Origin: Oikopleura dioica
Lineage: Eukaryota; Animalia; Chordata
Reading direction: 5' to 3'
Assembly (NCBI GenBank): GCA_907165135.1
Contig: OU015568.1
Coordinates: 6,882,001-6,946,000 of the forward strand
DNA: 64,000 nucleotides
In this document: in pieces, positions 12,601 through 23,794 of the stretch
How the letters are laid out: every line of letters starts with the position of its first letter
Numbering within the stretch: position 1 is the first letter of the stretch
Notes under the pieces: model-generated
The model's input: only the letters and a program-made list of their open reading frames with translations
The model's database searches: none
Told to the model about the DNA's origin: nothing
Translations under genes and position numbers: made by a program

Positions 12601-15600
12601 AATTAGTAGTCAATTAATATTCTTTTATAATCAAGATAATGGAGATTATTTATATGGTGATTGCTACCAATTTATATGAAAAAGTTACCTTTAGGTTTGC
12701 TCTTTAATTTGTTCGGGTTGGCAAGGCGAAGACTTTTCTTGGAAGGCTCGCTATTTGAAGATGACTTTTTCAAAGTTGGACGATTCTTTTTCTTCACTTG
12801 TTCAGGCTCAGGATCCGCGACGGTTTCGACTGCAATTCGCTCGCGCATTGAATCTGGAAGAGCACAGTGGACGAGGGGAATAATCAGCTTTTTTCGGAAA
12901 GGATCACCAGTTATCGTCCCGTCGTTTTTCTTCTCGGTGACTGGAGATGCCTTCCGCTTCTTCTTTTTGGGCAGTTCGGGAGAAGAAAGCACGCGCTTAT
13001 TAGAAACTTCTTGAGTTGTCGTGATCGGCACTTGTTTCTCAACAGGAAGGATGTTTTGATTTATTTGATCGCCGGTCAAGATGACTTCTTCTGAGTTTTC
13101 TTTGTTTGTCGGATCGGCCGCTGGACTCGTGGAGATGGTTGAAGAAGCAGGTTCAGTTGAAGATGATGCAGCTGCTTCTCCAGTTGGTAATTTGTTCTTC
13201 TTTTTCTTCTTTGGTGCAATGACCGTTCCATCCGCAGCGATTTTCTTAGGCCCTCCCTTATTCTTTTTCTTCTTTGGTTTCGCCACTGCATCCTCCATTT
13301 CGGCTTGGACGTTTTCTTCTTGTTGTGTGAGCATAGCAGGTTGTTTGTCGACGCCGTCGACGGAGTCGGAAATGGTCGAAGCTTCGAGTCTCTTTTTTCG
13401 ACTGATGGAAGTTGTGATTATAGGCGACGGCGGCCGATCTGAGTCACTACTGTCACTTGCATCCAATATTTTCCCGTTTTTGTTGTCTTGATTTCTTTTA
13501 TCTGAACGAGCTTGTGATGAGAGTGGGTTTTTGTTTTCGCGTAACGGATTAGGTTTTGCGCAGGGAGGAATAGATTTTGCAGTAACAGAGGATGCCCTCT
13601 GAGGAGGCTCGTCCTCGTCGCTAGACAAGAGGCTGACGATCTCGCTTTTCTGAGCGCTCGAACGACGAGAGCTTCTTTTCTTTGGTGAGGATTCCGTGCT
13701 GCTTGCTTTTTCGAGCGGAGGTAGACTTTCGTCGTCGGAAGGATTCGCTGTTGATGTCGACGGTTGCTGAAGAGGGGTCACAACGGCGACTGGGCGAGAA
13801 GCGCGTGGCTGGGCAGGTTGTTGAGCTTGAGTTCGCATCGCTGGTGGCTGGTACGGAGGTCTGGGTTGAATATTCTGAGGAAATCGAGCTCTTGCATTGG
13901 CATACATTGACATGAAGAGAGCATGGTCAAATCCAGGAGGGTAGAAGTTTGGATGAATGCCCTGAAAATGCGCTGCTGGAGGTCGTTGATAGTGGAAAGA
14001 AGGAGGAATTGATGGATGGCGTTGCGGTTGAAAGTTCGGCAAATGAGCGTACGCAGCAGGCGGATATGGATGTGTAGCGAATCTTGGAATGTTTCCTACG
14101 CCAAGACAGGGTAAAGCCGGCTGAGGGTCTAAGTTGGAGGCTTCGGGAGTAATGATTTCTTCGATTTCTTCCTCGTCAGTTGACGCATTGTCGGTTGCTT
14201 GCTGGTTTTCGTTCACCATCAACTGTTGAGAAGATTCAATATTTTTCGTTTTAGAAATCGCAATCGCTGATGATTCTAGAATGTGTTCCTCTTTGTTCGA
14301 TCCCGGAAGATTCTCTGTAACGGCGTTTTTCTCTTGAAAAGTTTCAATTTCCTCTTCGACAGTTTGTTCTTCACGAGTCGCGATGGTGTTTTCGCTGTTT
14401 CCGGCAGCAGCTGCAATTTCTTCAACGGGCTCGCGCTCACAAGTATTTTCAACGTCCGAAACAACAATCTGCTTCTCTACATCTCGATTTCCCAAAGACG
14501 CTTTCGCTAATCTCGCGAGAATTGGTTCTCGGAAAATTGCCACGGCTGTAATCGAGGTCGAAGGGGTCACTTCAGCGACCGTTTTATCGCTCTGATCTTC
14601 TGGGGAAATGGCGCTTTTCTCAACAGAAATCGCGGCGGTTGAGGATGTGATCGCGCCAATTTTTGCCTCTTCATCAGATTTTTGTGATATTTCAGCATTC
14701 TCATCGTCATCCCAAAACGATAAGGCATTCTCCAGGACATCGCTCTCCTCGGCAATTTTTTCTTCGACTACATTTTCACAAGACTCGTGTTCAATTAGTT
14801 CGTCTTTTGAACCTTCCTCCTCCTTGTCAAACTGCGTATCAGTTTCTGCATTCGGGAAGAAAGAATCGATAGGAGCAACCGTTGCTTCAGCATTTTTTTG
14901 CGAAATGCCCTTGACAGCGCTCTTTTCAACGATTTCTTCTTCGACTACATTTCCGAAGGATTCTTGTTCGATTTGCTCGTCTTTGTCGGACTGTGAATCC
15001 GCCTCTCGATTCGGCAAGGAAGTGTAAATTGAAGCAACCGTAGACGTCATCGCAGCATCTTCGGTATTTTCATCAAGAATGCCGGTCTCGTCAACGATTT
15101 CTTCTTGTATGACGTTTTCATATGGTTCGTCTTCCATCTGCCCATCATTGGATTTTTCGTCGTTTTCAGATTCTCGATCAATCGTCGGTCTGGGCAAGGA
15201 TGACTCCATCGAGGTCAACGTAGACATCGTGGGAGCTTCGGTATTTTCTTCTTCATTCTGTTCATTTTCCCCTTTCTTCTCAGACTCCGCTCTGCCTGGC
15301 GCTTCTTCAGTCTGCAGATCTGGAACGACTTGCTCATCTTGAGAAGTAGGAGCATCTTCCTGAATGGGTGGAGAATCGGACTGTTCGGCTGGAAGTTGCT
15401 CTTCGTACTCCATTTCAGGCACATTCTCCAAGCTTTTCGTTTCATCTTCAGAACTCTGCTTGACCGACGGAGCGATTTGGACGACAACTGATTTGGGAAG
15501 GATCGGCTTTAGATCGGCAGTCTTTGGGATGAGGGACCTTTGAGCAACCATCGTAGGGAATCCATCATCTTCTTCGTCCGAGGAGACAATCAAAACTTTC

Positions 15601-16292
15601 CTGCGTCTTTTCGGCGTATTCTTTTTTGAAGAAGCAATCTGGCTCATCGATGGTGAGTCGGTAGCTCTTACTCCGCTCTCTTGCAGAGACGCAACTCTGC
15701 GACTGAGCATCTTCATCGAATCTGGAGTTATCACCCAGAGATTTTCATCTGACTCTTTCTTCGATGGATAGCAGGCGAAATGGACGACGGTATGGCCGAA
15801 ACGAGCATCGCGTTTTTCAAAGGCAGGTTGTTCTTTGCTTCGAAAGATTTTTAACTTTGATTCTTAAAAAAAAGAAGATAAAGAATAAAGAAAATCCGTT
15901 CCTGACGAGTTTATTTTGGCGCTTGAAAAAGTTGAGAAGCGAATAAAAACTGGCGGAGTTCTGGGGGTATTCCTTAAAGTCGATGGTTCGAGGGATGATG
16001 GAATCTTTCGGCTGGAAGAGGACACCGAGCTTGGCGAAAAGCGTGAAGGAGTTTCCACTGGATCGACAGGTCTTCGAACCTATTGCGATTCCGTCGTCAT
16101 CTTTTTTCAATGCTCAGAAGTGATATTTTCTACGGATAAATCTACGACTCATCAAGTGCTAGTATTAGTACGAAAGTCTTTTTGAACATTTCCTTCAGTA
16201 TTTTCTTTGTCCTCTTGACTCGCCAAATTCTCCTTCTTTCTAATGAGCCAGAAGATGTTCAATATCTTGCTCACGACGATTTCTGGAGCCAT
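9613..16292 (-). CDS. Very large (~2,000 aa) acidic/Lys/Pro-rich low-complexity nuclear-type protein with a possible divergent chromodomain
   Basis: Track ORFs 15817-16110, 12672-15734, 11911-12558, 11390-11911, 10918-11490, 10562-11053, 10178-10552 and 9762-9947 join in phase through GT-AG introns; last exon SMRDFQ...QEFKKQ*. Many KKKK/KKRK NLS-like runs. Confidence 0.8.
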
Positions 16293-16299
16293 CTCTTAT

Positions 16300-16620
16300 T
16301 CTGTCAAACATTCATCGATTTTCTTACTCAAAAAGAAATTGCATGCAGGTTCATGTAATTATGAAAAAAGGGGGAGTCCGAAAAGGCAGTGAACTCTCGC
16401 GCGCTTTCCAAGGCTCCGCCAATCGGCGCGCCTGAAGATTTTTTTAAAGAATTTGTGACTCACGAATCCGAGCACGAACCATCTTGACTTGAATTCAGCA
16501 GGACTTGCAGTGTAAATTTCTGAGAATCGAGAAAACGGAAGAAAGAGAGGAAGGTTCAAAAGGTAAGTTGAGAAATCCAGATTTTTATTGTAAAAATATC
16601 ATTTTTCACTAGAAAGTATT
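16300..16620. promoter_or_regulatory. Putative bidirectional promoter (large gene / TAF1B) with CCAAT box and a 5'UTR intron
   Basis: Head-to-head ATGs 333 bp apart; CCAAT at 16419-16423 in a GC patch; GTAAGT donor at 16563 and acceptor tttcactag before the TAF1B ATG. Confidence 0.55.
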
Positions 16621-16625
16621 TAAAA

Positions 16626-18855
16626 ATGGCAATTGAAACGCACAAAAATTTCCCCTGTGAAAACTGCGACTCTGTGAAATACAAGAAACGAGATGGCCTG
16701 TGGATTTGTACAGGAAAGTGCGAAAAAATCGATCATTTATGAAGTTTTGCAGTATTGACGCACTGAAAAGTATGCAAGGCGGAAAATACAGACATCGTCG
16801 TGGAAGAATTCGACGAAGATCCAAATGTCAGCAGTTATCGAATGAAGGCTACTGTCTCTCGGGCCGAAGCTAAGTCAGAGGATCTTAGCTTTATTCGAAA
16901 CCGGGATCAGGGCAATCGTCCGTGGCTGACAATCGAAGCTTTGCAGCAAATTCTCCGAGGAAAAGCCCTCTCAATTTGCCGAGATCTGCAGCTAGATGAA
17001 TCTGCCTCTTCAAAGATCCTTCTACTTTTGCGCGAAATGTGGTTCACCTATCTCCGCGGCCGATTGTTGTGCTTTGGTTCCGACTCCAACCCGGTCAACT
17101 TTCGCGACCGCGATTTGCACATGTACCGAGCGATCAAGAACGATGGCTTCAATGGATTCGAAAAGACGAGCTACGATCCGATGCAGTATAAAAAGACGCC
17201 GAAAGACGTCGAGCTTGGAATTTACTCTGCCGGGAACACCACTCACTTCGAATTCACTTCTTCCGATTCTGAGCCAGAAGCTCAAGTCGCTCTCAATCGA
17301 GTGAAAAAACTCAAGCGCAAGAGAAAGACCCCTTCGGCAAATTATCAGCGAGTTTCCCTGCCAGATGTTCAAGCAATCATCTTTCTTGGCTTCCGAGTTC
17401 TTGGGTACCCGATTTCGTTCAAGTCCATTTTCAAACATTGCTTCATCGACGAGGTGAGAAAATTCTTGCCTTCTCACATGACTCCAACAAGGAAGGATAC
17501 AGAGACCTCAAGGTCATTAAGGGATCCCCCCCTGGTGGTAGGTTTCCGTTGAGCAAATCAATTCTCTGTACTAGAGAATAGCGGATAGCACCTGAGCTTT
17601 CTGTAGAGCTATTATACGCCCAATTTCATAAGCCCAAATCGGCTGAATTTCCAGTTGAAAATGGCCAAAACGGGGGGGGGATCCCTTAAGTTTCGACAGA
17701 GCATGAAATCGGACACCGCAGCATCCGTTTATCCACATTGCTTTTCTTAGAATTCAAGAAGATTGACCCCCTCTGTATCTAAAAAAAGCGTCGATTTGTT
17801 TCTGAAAAAGATGTCGTTGAACCAAGGAATGAGCGAAGAAAGCTTGGTTTCAAGAAACAAGCTTCATCGAGTCACACTGGCTTTTGTCCATCATCACTTG
17901 ATAAATCCCCTGTCGCAATTGCTCGATCAGCTGGACAGCAACAATGCTCGAGGATCTCTTCTTATCCGGGAATTGAAGAGCAAACTCTGCGAACTGCAAC
18001 TTCCAGAATCTTTCTGCGCTCTGGTCAATCAAAGCTTTCCTTATTTTCTTCAGAAAATTGATGCTATCCAAAAGGATAAAATTGAGGTTGGTTCCCCCCT
18101 TCATCTTTTTCTAACGTGAAAGTTAGGTCTTTTTGCCTTTCATCGACATCTGGGCACTTGCGATCATCTACATCTGCATGGTATCCAGCGTCGCAGACAA
18201 GGAAGTCCCCTGGCAAGCCTGGTGCCACGGATGGGTAGCGAAAAAGAACAAAGAAAACAACGAGGAGTTTCTCAAGAATCTGATCGACACGGAAATGAGT
18301 GAGGCCCGAATCAATTTCCGCGCGAAAAGCAGAATTGATGACAAGAAGAACTTCCAAATTGTCCAAACCATGCCTACCATCGAAAAAGTTGAAAAGGATG
18401 AAAACCCACAGATGCCGGAAATCGAAGTCTGCTTCCAGTCGAAATTGAAGTTGCCGAAAGTCGAGTTGGACGAAGATACGAAATATTTAATCCACGCTTC
18501 TTTGCCTTCAAAAGTGCAACTCCAAGGATTCAAAAAATTTGACAAGCGACATGTTTCGAAAGAGTCCTACAGCTACTACCGACATTTCATCAGACACTTG
18601 AGGAACGAATCCAATCATTTGAGACTTGTGCACTTTGAAGACAAGAAGTTTATCGGCAATTTTCTTAGAACAATCAAGAAGAAGGTAGTTAACAATTTTA
18701 GTGATTTTTGATAACTTTTTGATCAGCAAAAGCGAAGATACGTAACATACGAACACGAACTACCTCGACCTTGGTATCTTGATACATTTGCTGAGCTTGC
18801 CTGTGTTTCTCAACAACAATTCGTTGCTACTGTACTTATTTTACTTGATCAATAA
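16626..18855 (+). CDS. TAF1B: RNA polymerase I initiation factor SL1 subunit B (TAF1B/Rrn7)
   Basis: N-terminal zinc ribbon CENC..GLWICTVC, RPWLTIEALQQIL...LREMWFTYL, SLPDVQAIIFLGFRVLGYPISF and ALAIIYICM..W blocks match recalled TAF1B/Rrn7 architecture. Confidence 0.85.
17521..17685. mobile_element. 165-bp non-autonomous TIR element with TTAA target duplication (Kolobok-like) inside TAF1B
   Basis: TTAA(17517-20)|GGGATCCCCCCC ... GGGGGGGATCCC|TTAA(17686-89). TTAA TSD with purine-purine termini is the Kolobok signature (piggyBac begins with CC). Confidence 0.85.
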
Positions 18856-19112
18856 AAATACTGACTAAATCCAACAGTATTTGAATCAATTGTCGAATGA
18901 TGAGCAACTGACAGCATTCTCTCGAAAACCTACTGTATTTCTTGAATCAGGAGTCGAAGCCGGATTGATTTCGAGATTTGCGCATTCATTTGATCGAGAT
19001 TGGCTGCTATCGCCCCTTTTCTCATTTTGATTTTCCCTTTTTTCTCTTTGCTGTCATCGATTGCGTGAAATTGGCTCCATTTGGGTTTCTTTTTTTTCCA
19101 TACAATAAATAC

Positions 19113-20035
19113 ATGGAACAGATACCACCAGAGTTTATCCACTCCTATGGGAGTGTCGGGCGATGCCAACCATATGGAATTAACTGCAAAAGTATTACCA
19201 AAGAGATGGCTGTATTTACGAGTGGACAAATAATGTGTACTTTTTGGAAGGGTTTAAAGATCAATTCAGAGCGTAGTGATATTATAATTTGAACCTTGAA
19301 AAGTCTCGACTTTTGTTGTACAGTTGTCAAGAATGCGGAAGAGCTAAGGGCATCCGTCAAGCTCATCCCATCTGATGCAGAGCTGAAGTGTCCAGCTGCG
19401 AATTGTGAAGCCAAAAATCTCTCTTTTAGAGAGTTCAAGATCGGAAAATGTTGTGATAAAGCGATGGCAAAACAAAATAAAAAGGCTCTAGGCAAAAGGT
19501 TTTTTAAGAAATTCATAACGACTGTTGTCTCGGATGCATTTTTTTGTAGAAAACGTCAATAAAACCTAAAAGACAATCAGGAATACGTCTCGTTGGTTCA
19601 CCAAAATTTAAAAGCTGCGCAACTCGTCGTTGAGAAAGGTGAAGGAAGGCTCAAAAATGCAGAAATCGCCGCGAAACAAGCAGAAGACTATGTTGAATTG
19701 GAAAAAAAGAATCTCGAATGGGCAAAGAAGGACATTGAGAGAATGAAAGGGTGCTTGAAAGACGCATACCTTATGGCATACACCAAATCTTTACGAGAAT
19801 TGAGTATTTCAGGTTCTTTTAAATGCGTTGAGAATTAATAATCTCTTATTTCATAGAAGACGAAGGACCTGCTTGCAACGTCTGCTTGGAAGGCTACAAC
19901 AAAGAGGAGCGACACGAATGTACCCTTCATTGCGGCCATCGATCCTGCCACAAGTGCTTGACCGGTCTTCCCGAGAAGATCTGCCCAATCTGTCGCAAAG
20001 AGTTCACCAACGAGCAGATCATCAAGCTCTTCTGA
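19113..20035 (+). CDS. C-terminal RING-HC (C3HC4) finger protein with upstream coiled coil
   Basis: Last exon CNVCLEGYNKEERHECTLHCGHRSCHKCLTGLPEKICPICRKEF, preceded in phase by the coiled-coil exon 19593-19805. The 5' exons and start codon are uncertain. Confidence 0.8.
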
Positions 20036-20524
20036 AGCCGAGTTCTTTTCTGCCTCTTTTTCTCCGAGTTAGAAATCGTCGAGAATAAAATTTTATTGAA
20101 ACAGATTCTTTTTTTAGCACTTTTTAGCCCCTTTTTGAAGGCAGGAATGACGCAACTTGCATGGAAAATTCTGTAATGCGGCCGCTTGTAAGGCTAAATT
20201 TGCACTGCATTATTCGCTGTGGCTAGACACACATCAAGCCTTTGATTTTAATGACCCGCCTGTCTTGGTTTTCTAATAAACCTAATTCCTGCATTGGGTT
20301 TACTAAAACGGCGCGTCTTTCCGCTAATTTCACGCTGCGGCTCTTGTCAAACAGCTAGTGCTCGGAATACCTGGCTCAGACGAAACCTGGCAGAGCACGA
20401 AACGGTGAAATTTTGAAACTTTTAATTTCTTCAGAGAAAGAGGGAATGAGTCGAGGTCAGTCCCACAGGACGATGGGCTCTTGGCTCAAAAGAAAACTCA
20501 GTCAGAGAGAGAATCATGACATAG

Positions 20525-20727
20525 TTAGAGGTTCAGAAAGAAATTAAAGAGATCTTTATGAAGAAATATGGTAAGAAAAATGGTCTGAACCTATCATAAG
20601 ATTTTAATGGAGCGATGCAAGATGCTACTGATGCTCTTGACTGCCTCCTAGCGGTAAGAAAGTAGGCTAAGCTCTTTTTTAGGAACCTTTTTAGGATTCT
20701 ACTCCAAAGGCGGGATTCCAAAGATAA
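20525..20727 (+). CDS. Small spliced hypothetical gene (3' part)
   Basis: Three micro-exons joined by GTAAG...AG introns read LEVQKEIKEIFMKKYDFNGAMQDATDALDCLLADSTPKAGFQR*. The 5' end is not resolved. Confidence 0.45.
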
Positions 20728-21765
20728 GAGAAAGACAATTAAAAATAGTGATAGAAAATCCCAAAAAAAGATGCCTCGTCGAAACTCATACACTCGAGAT
20801 TCATCGTCAGATAGCGAAGAGTTTATTAGACTACCAAGATTCAAGGTTTGGCGAAAAAATCAAGGGCAGTTTTTTATTAATTCAAATTCAAATCTAGTCA
20901 GCAGTATCCGGGATCTGGAACGCACTAGGCGAGAAAGCCGCTCATTTGTTCGAGCCAAGGCATAATTACACGACTCCAGTGGAGACAAAGACGACTCATA
21001 AAGCTAAACAGGTGTGAATCCTACTATTTTCATCTAATTCGAGAGGCTTAAATTTCTTTCCCAAGAAGACGGTTTTAACCTGTTTTTCAAGTTTGTTGGA
21101 ACTCCCCTCGGCTGCGCAAAGTACAAAATGGGTCCCGCAAGAACCATGTCCATCGAATCCATCGACAAAGTCGCCCCTGGAAACTGCATGCCAAGCTGGC
21201 AAGTAACCGACCAATCTCAGTACGTAGTAAAGGCTTGATGCTCTTTACCTCTTCTTTTCTACACCTCATCTTTCGTATTCAACCATTCCCTTCTTCTTTG
21301 ATTGTAAGAATAAACTCCTGTACAAAAAAAATGTTCAAACTGTTTGAAGAAAAAATCGATAGTATTGAAAGATTATAGCGAAAAAAGGTAGTAGATAAAG
21401 GGGAAAAATCGAACTCGCGTGTGCGCTAGTTTTTTTTATTATTTGTCGAGTGTTGGAGCACAAAAAAGTCAAGTGTTGCAAAGTATCCAAACTTGCCAGG
21501 GAAAAAAGAGGAGAGACTTTTTCTGAACGAGAAACGCGCTACTAGAATGGTAAGTACCGAGATAATCCCGACTGTAGTGTAAAAATATTAAGGTCGGCTA
21601 CGTCATTTTTGGCCTGACACTGGTTGTGATTTCTGTCATGATCATAATTATGGTCTTGCGTCCTACTCAAGTACAATTTTGACACCTTTTGTTCCCGAAA
21701 TTGGTCGGCTCTTCTCCATCATCATCTTTTCTGTACATATCTTTTTCCGTAAATAAAAATCGTGA

Positions 21766-23384
21766 ATGATGTTTTTCTTGCTTCTTTTTATACCTTTTTT
21801 GGACGCTCAGAATCTTATAAATTTCAATTGCGGATTGTCAGAGAGCTCTTATGTTTTCACCTTTGATGAGGCTGTTAGAGCAGCAAACTATCCGGATCTT
21901 CCTTCTTTTATCGACAAATACTTCGTTGCGGGTTTTACTCCGGCGAATATGCAGAGCCATATTCCCGACCAGTGCAGGTTTCAAAACGATGGGACTGCTT
22001 TCAAGGTCAAATTTGAGGGAGATCGTTGTGGTCAAGTGAATATCTTTGAAGATTCTTCAGGATCGGCCAAAGAAAACTAAGAGGATCATTCCCTAGGCTG
22101 AGCTGGGCAACCTGAGTAGAAAACCTGAATCAGGGTTGTATAAGAGTAAAATGAAAAGCCGCGTAGCGGCTTTTTTTTAAACGAAGCCGCAAAGCGGCTT
22201 CGCTAGTTATAATAATTTATTGAGTTGGTAACTTTGGCGAAGCCGCTTTGCGGCTTCGATTAAAAAAATGCCGCTACGCGGCTTTTCATTTTACTTTTTT
22301 ACAACCCTGACTCAGGTTGCCGAGCCCATCCCCTGGGGTCCTGATTTCAGGGGCCTTCCAAAGCTCAAACCGTCATGTCCTTCCATATCTACTACTACAC
22401 CCTCTTCGACGAGTCAAAAATCGAGGCCAATGGAGACATTGTTCTAGTCAGGAGTTCAGTAATCCTCTCAACCACATCTATGACCGTTCATTAACCGGAT
22501 TCGGCCGGGGTGACGTAGTAGCGCTAGAAAAAGAAATTCCACATTGAACTTTGTGCAGACGAGTATGACAACATCATCGTTATGGACGCGATCCCAATTT
22601 CTTGCACACTGAGGTAATAGGCGCGGCATTGGCGGCCTGTTTACCCGCTCAAGAAAACACAAAGCGCGAAATCGAACGAATTGCAATTAAAATTCTTCTT
22701 CTTTTTTAGTCAAATCGAGGTTCAGTCAGCAACAATCAAGGTCGAAAAGTCGCAACATGTCTTTTCTGCTACGGCAGCTCCCGAACTTATTCAGGAAAAC
22801 TTCAACAACTCGATATAGGAATTTTTTCTCAGATAGCTGTCAATCCTCAGGTGATGAAATTTGATAAAAGACAAGTTTGGATCCAAGACTAGAAACGAAT
22901 GTGAATGCTTTGACTATTGGAGAAGAGCTGACCTTGAGCGCTGAAACCGACTCGTTGACTCTTTTCAAGTATTCTTTCTTCTATGATCCTTTGCTATCCT
23001 TCTTCAGCTTCGCATTGAAACGATGTGTTGCGCAAAATGACGATGGCTCACAAGAAATTGAAATTCTTAACGATTTTTGCCCGGCGAGTACTTATGAAAC
23101 CATCCTTTCTTTGACGAAAAATGACAGGGTGAGACCTTGATCTTCGACCCTTCTTCAATTTCTAAGACCCTGAGCTTTCCTGCCTTTCGATTTTCATCTT
23201 CAGAAGATATCCGATTTTCATGCACAGCAGTTTTGAAGCAGTCCGCTCCACCTTGCACAGCTTCAAGTATTTCAGAATTTTAACAAGTTGTAAGTTCTTT
23301 TCAGCCACAGCGAGAAAAAGAAGAGATTCAGAGATTAAGAAAATAACGAGCAAACATGGAAATGGATTGAAAAAACGACCGTAA
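21766..23384 (+). CDS. Secreted ZP-domain protein ending in a furin site
   Basis: Signal peptide MMFFLLLFIPFLDA; ZP-N-like Cys pattern (FNC..QC..DRC..ISC); ZP-C-like LSFPAFRFSS..IRFSC; then TARKRRD (consensus furin site). No TM seen. Confidence 0.75.
22098..22328. mobile_element. MITE family A, near full-length copy in a ZP-gene intron
   Basis: ctgggcaacctgagtagaaaacctgaatcaggg..aaaagccgcgtagcggctt..gaagccgcaaagcggcttcgc with mirror-image right arm ending ctcaggttgccgagccca. Confidence 0.92.
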
Positions 23385-23794
23385 TTTACTGCAATCAATT
23401 ATCGCTAATAAATAATTCTTAAAAAAAAAATTATTAAATTATTGATAATTTTGATTAGTTAAAATAAATTTTAATTTTTTGACTTGATAAAGTTCAGAAA
23501 CTGAGGATTTAGGTGCGGACTTATTTTCTCGGAAACGCTAGAATCGCTTTATTTTATAAAAATCTTGAATTCCAAGCTTCGATGAAAAAAAGAGCGCGTA
23601 GGTTAGCGCGGCGTCGATTGGCCGCTCGCGCTCGGCGAAACGAGAAAAACGCGAGAAAATTGAAAGAGAAAAGGAAAAATCACTGGCGATTCTAGAAACG
23701 GCCGAAAGCATTTGTTTTGCAGAGAAGAATCGGTTATTGTTCTGTTCCTCTTCGTCCACGGAAGAAGTTTTGTTAATTTTTCGCGTTTTTAGAT

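Noticed and set aside
11089-15342. Many plus-strand Ser/Phe-rich ORFs
   Set aside because: Antisense shadows of the E/K-rich large minus-strand gene.
18930-19516. Minus-strand gene from ORFs 19145-19516 and 18930-19229
   Set aside because: I found no in-phase splice joining them, and the region is better explained by the plus-strand RING gene, although its 5' end is uncertain.
20771-21290. Small ORFs on both strands (MPRRNSYTRD..; GDFVDGFDGHGSCG..)
   Set aside because: Possibly real small genes, but I could not build a consistent spliced model or recognise a motif.
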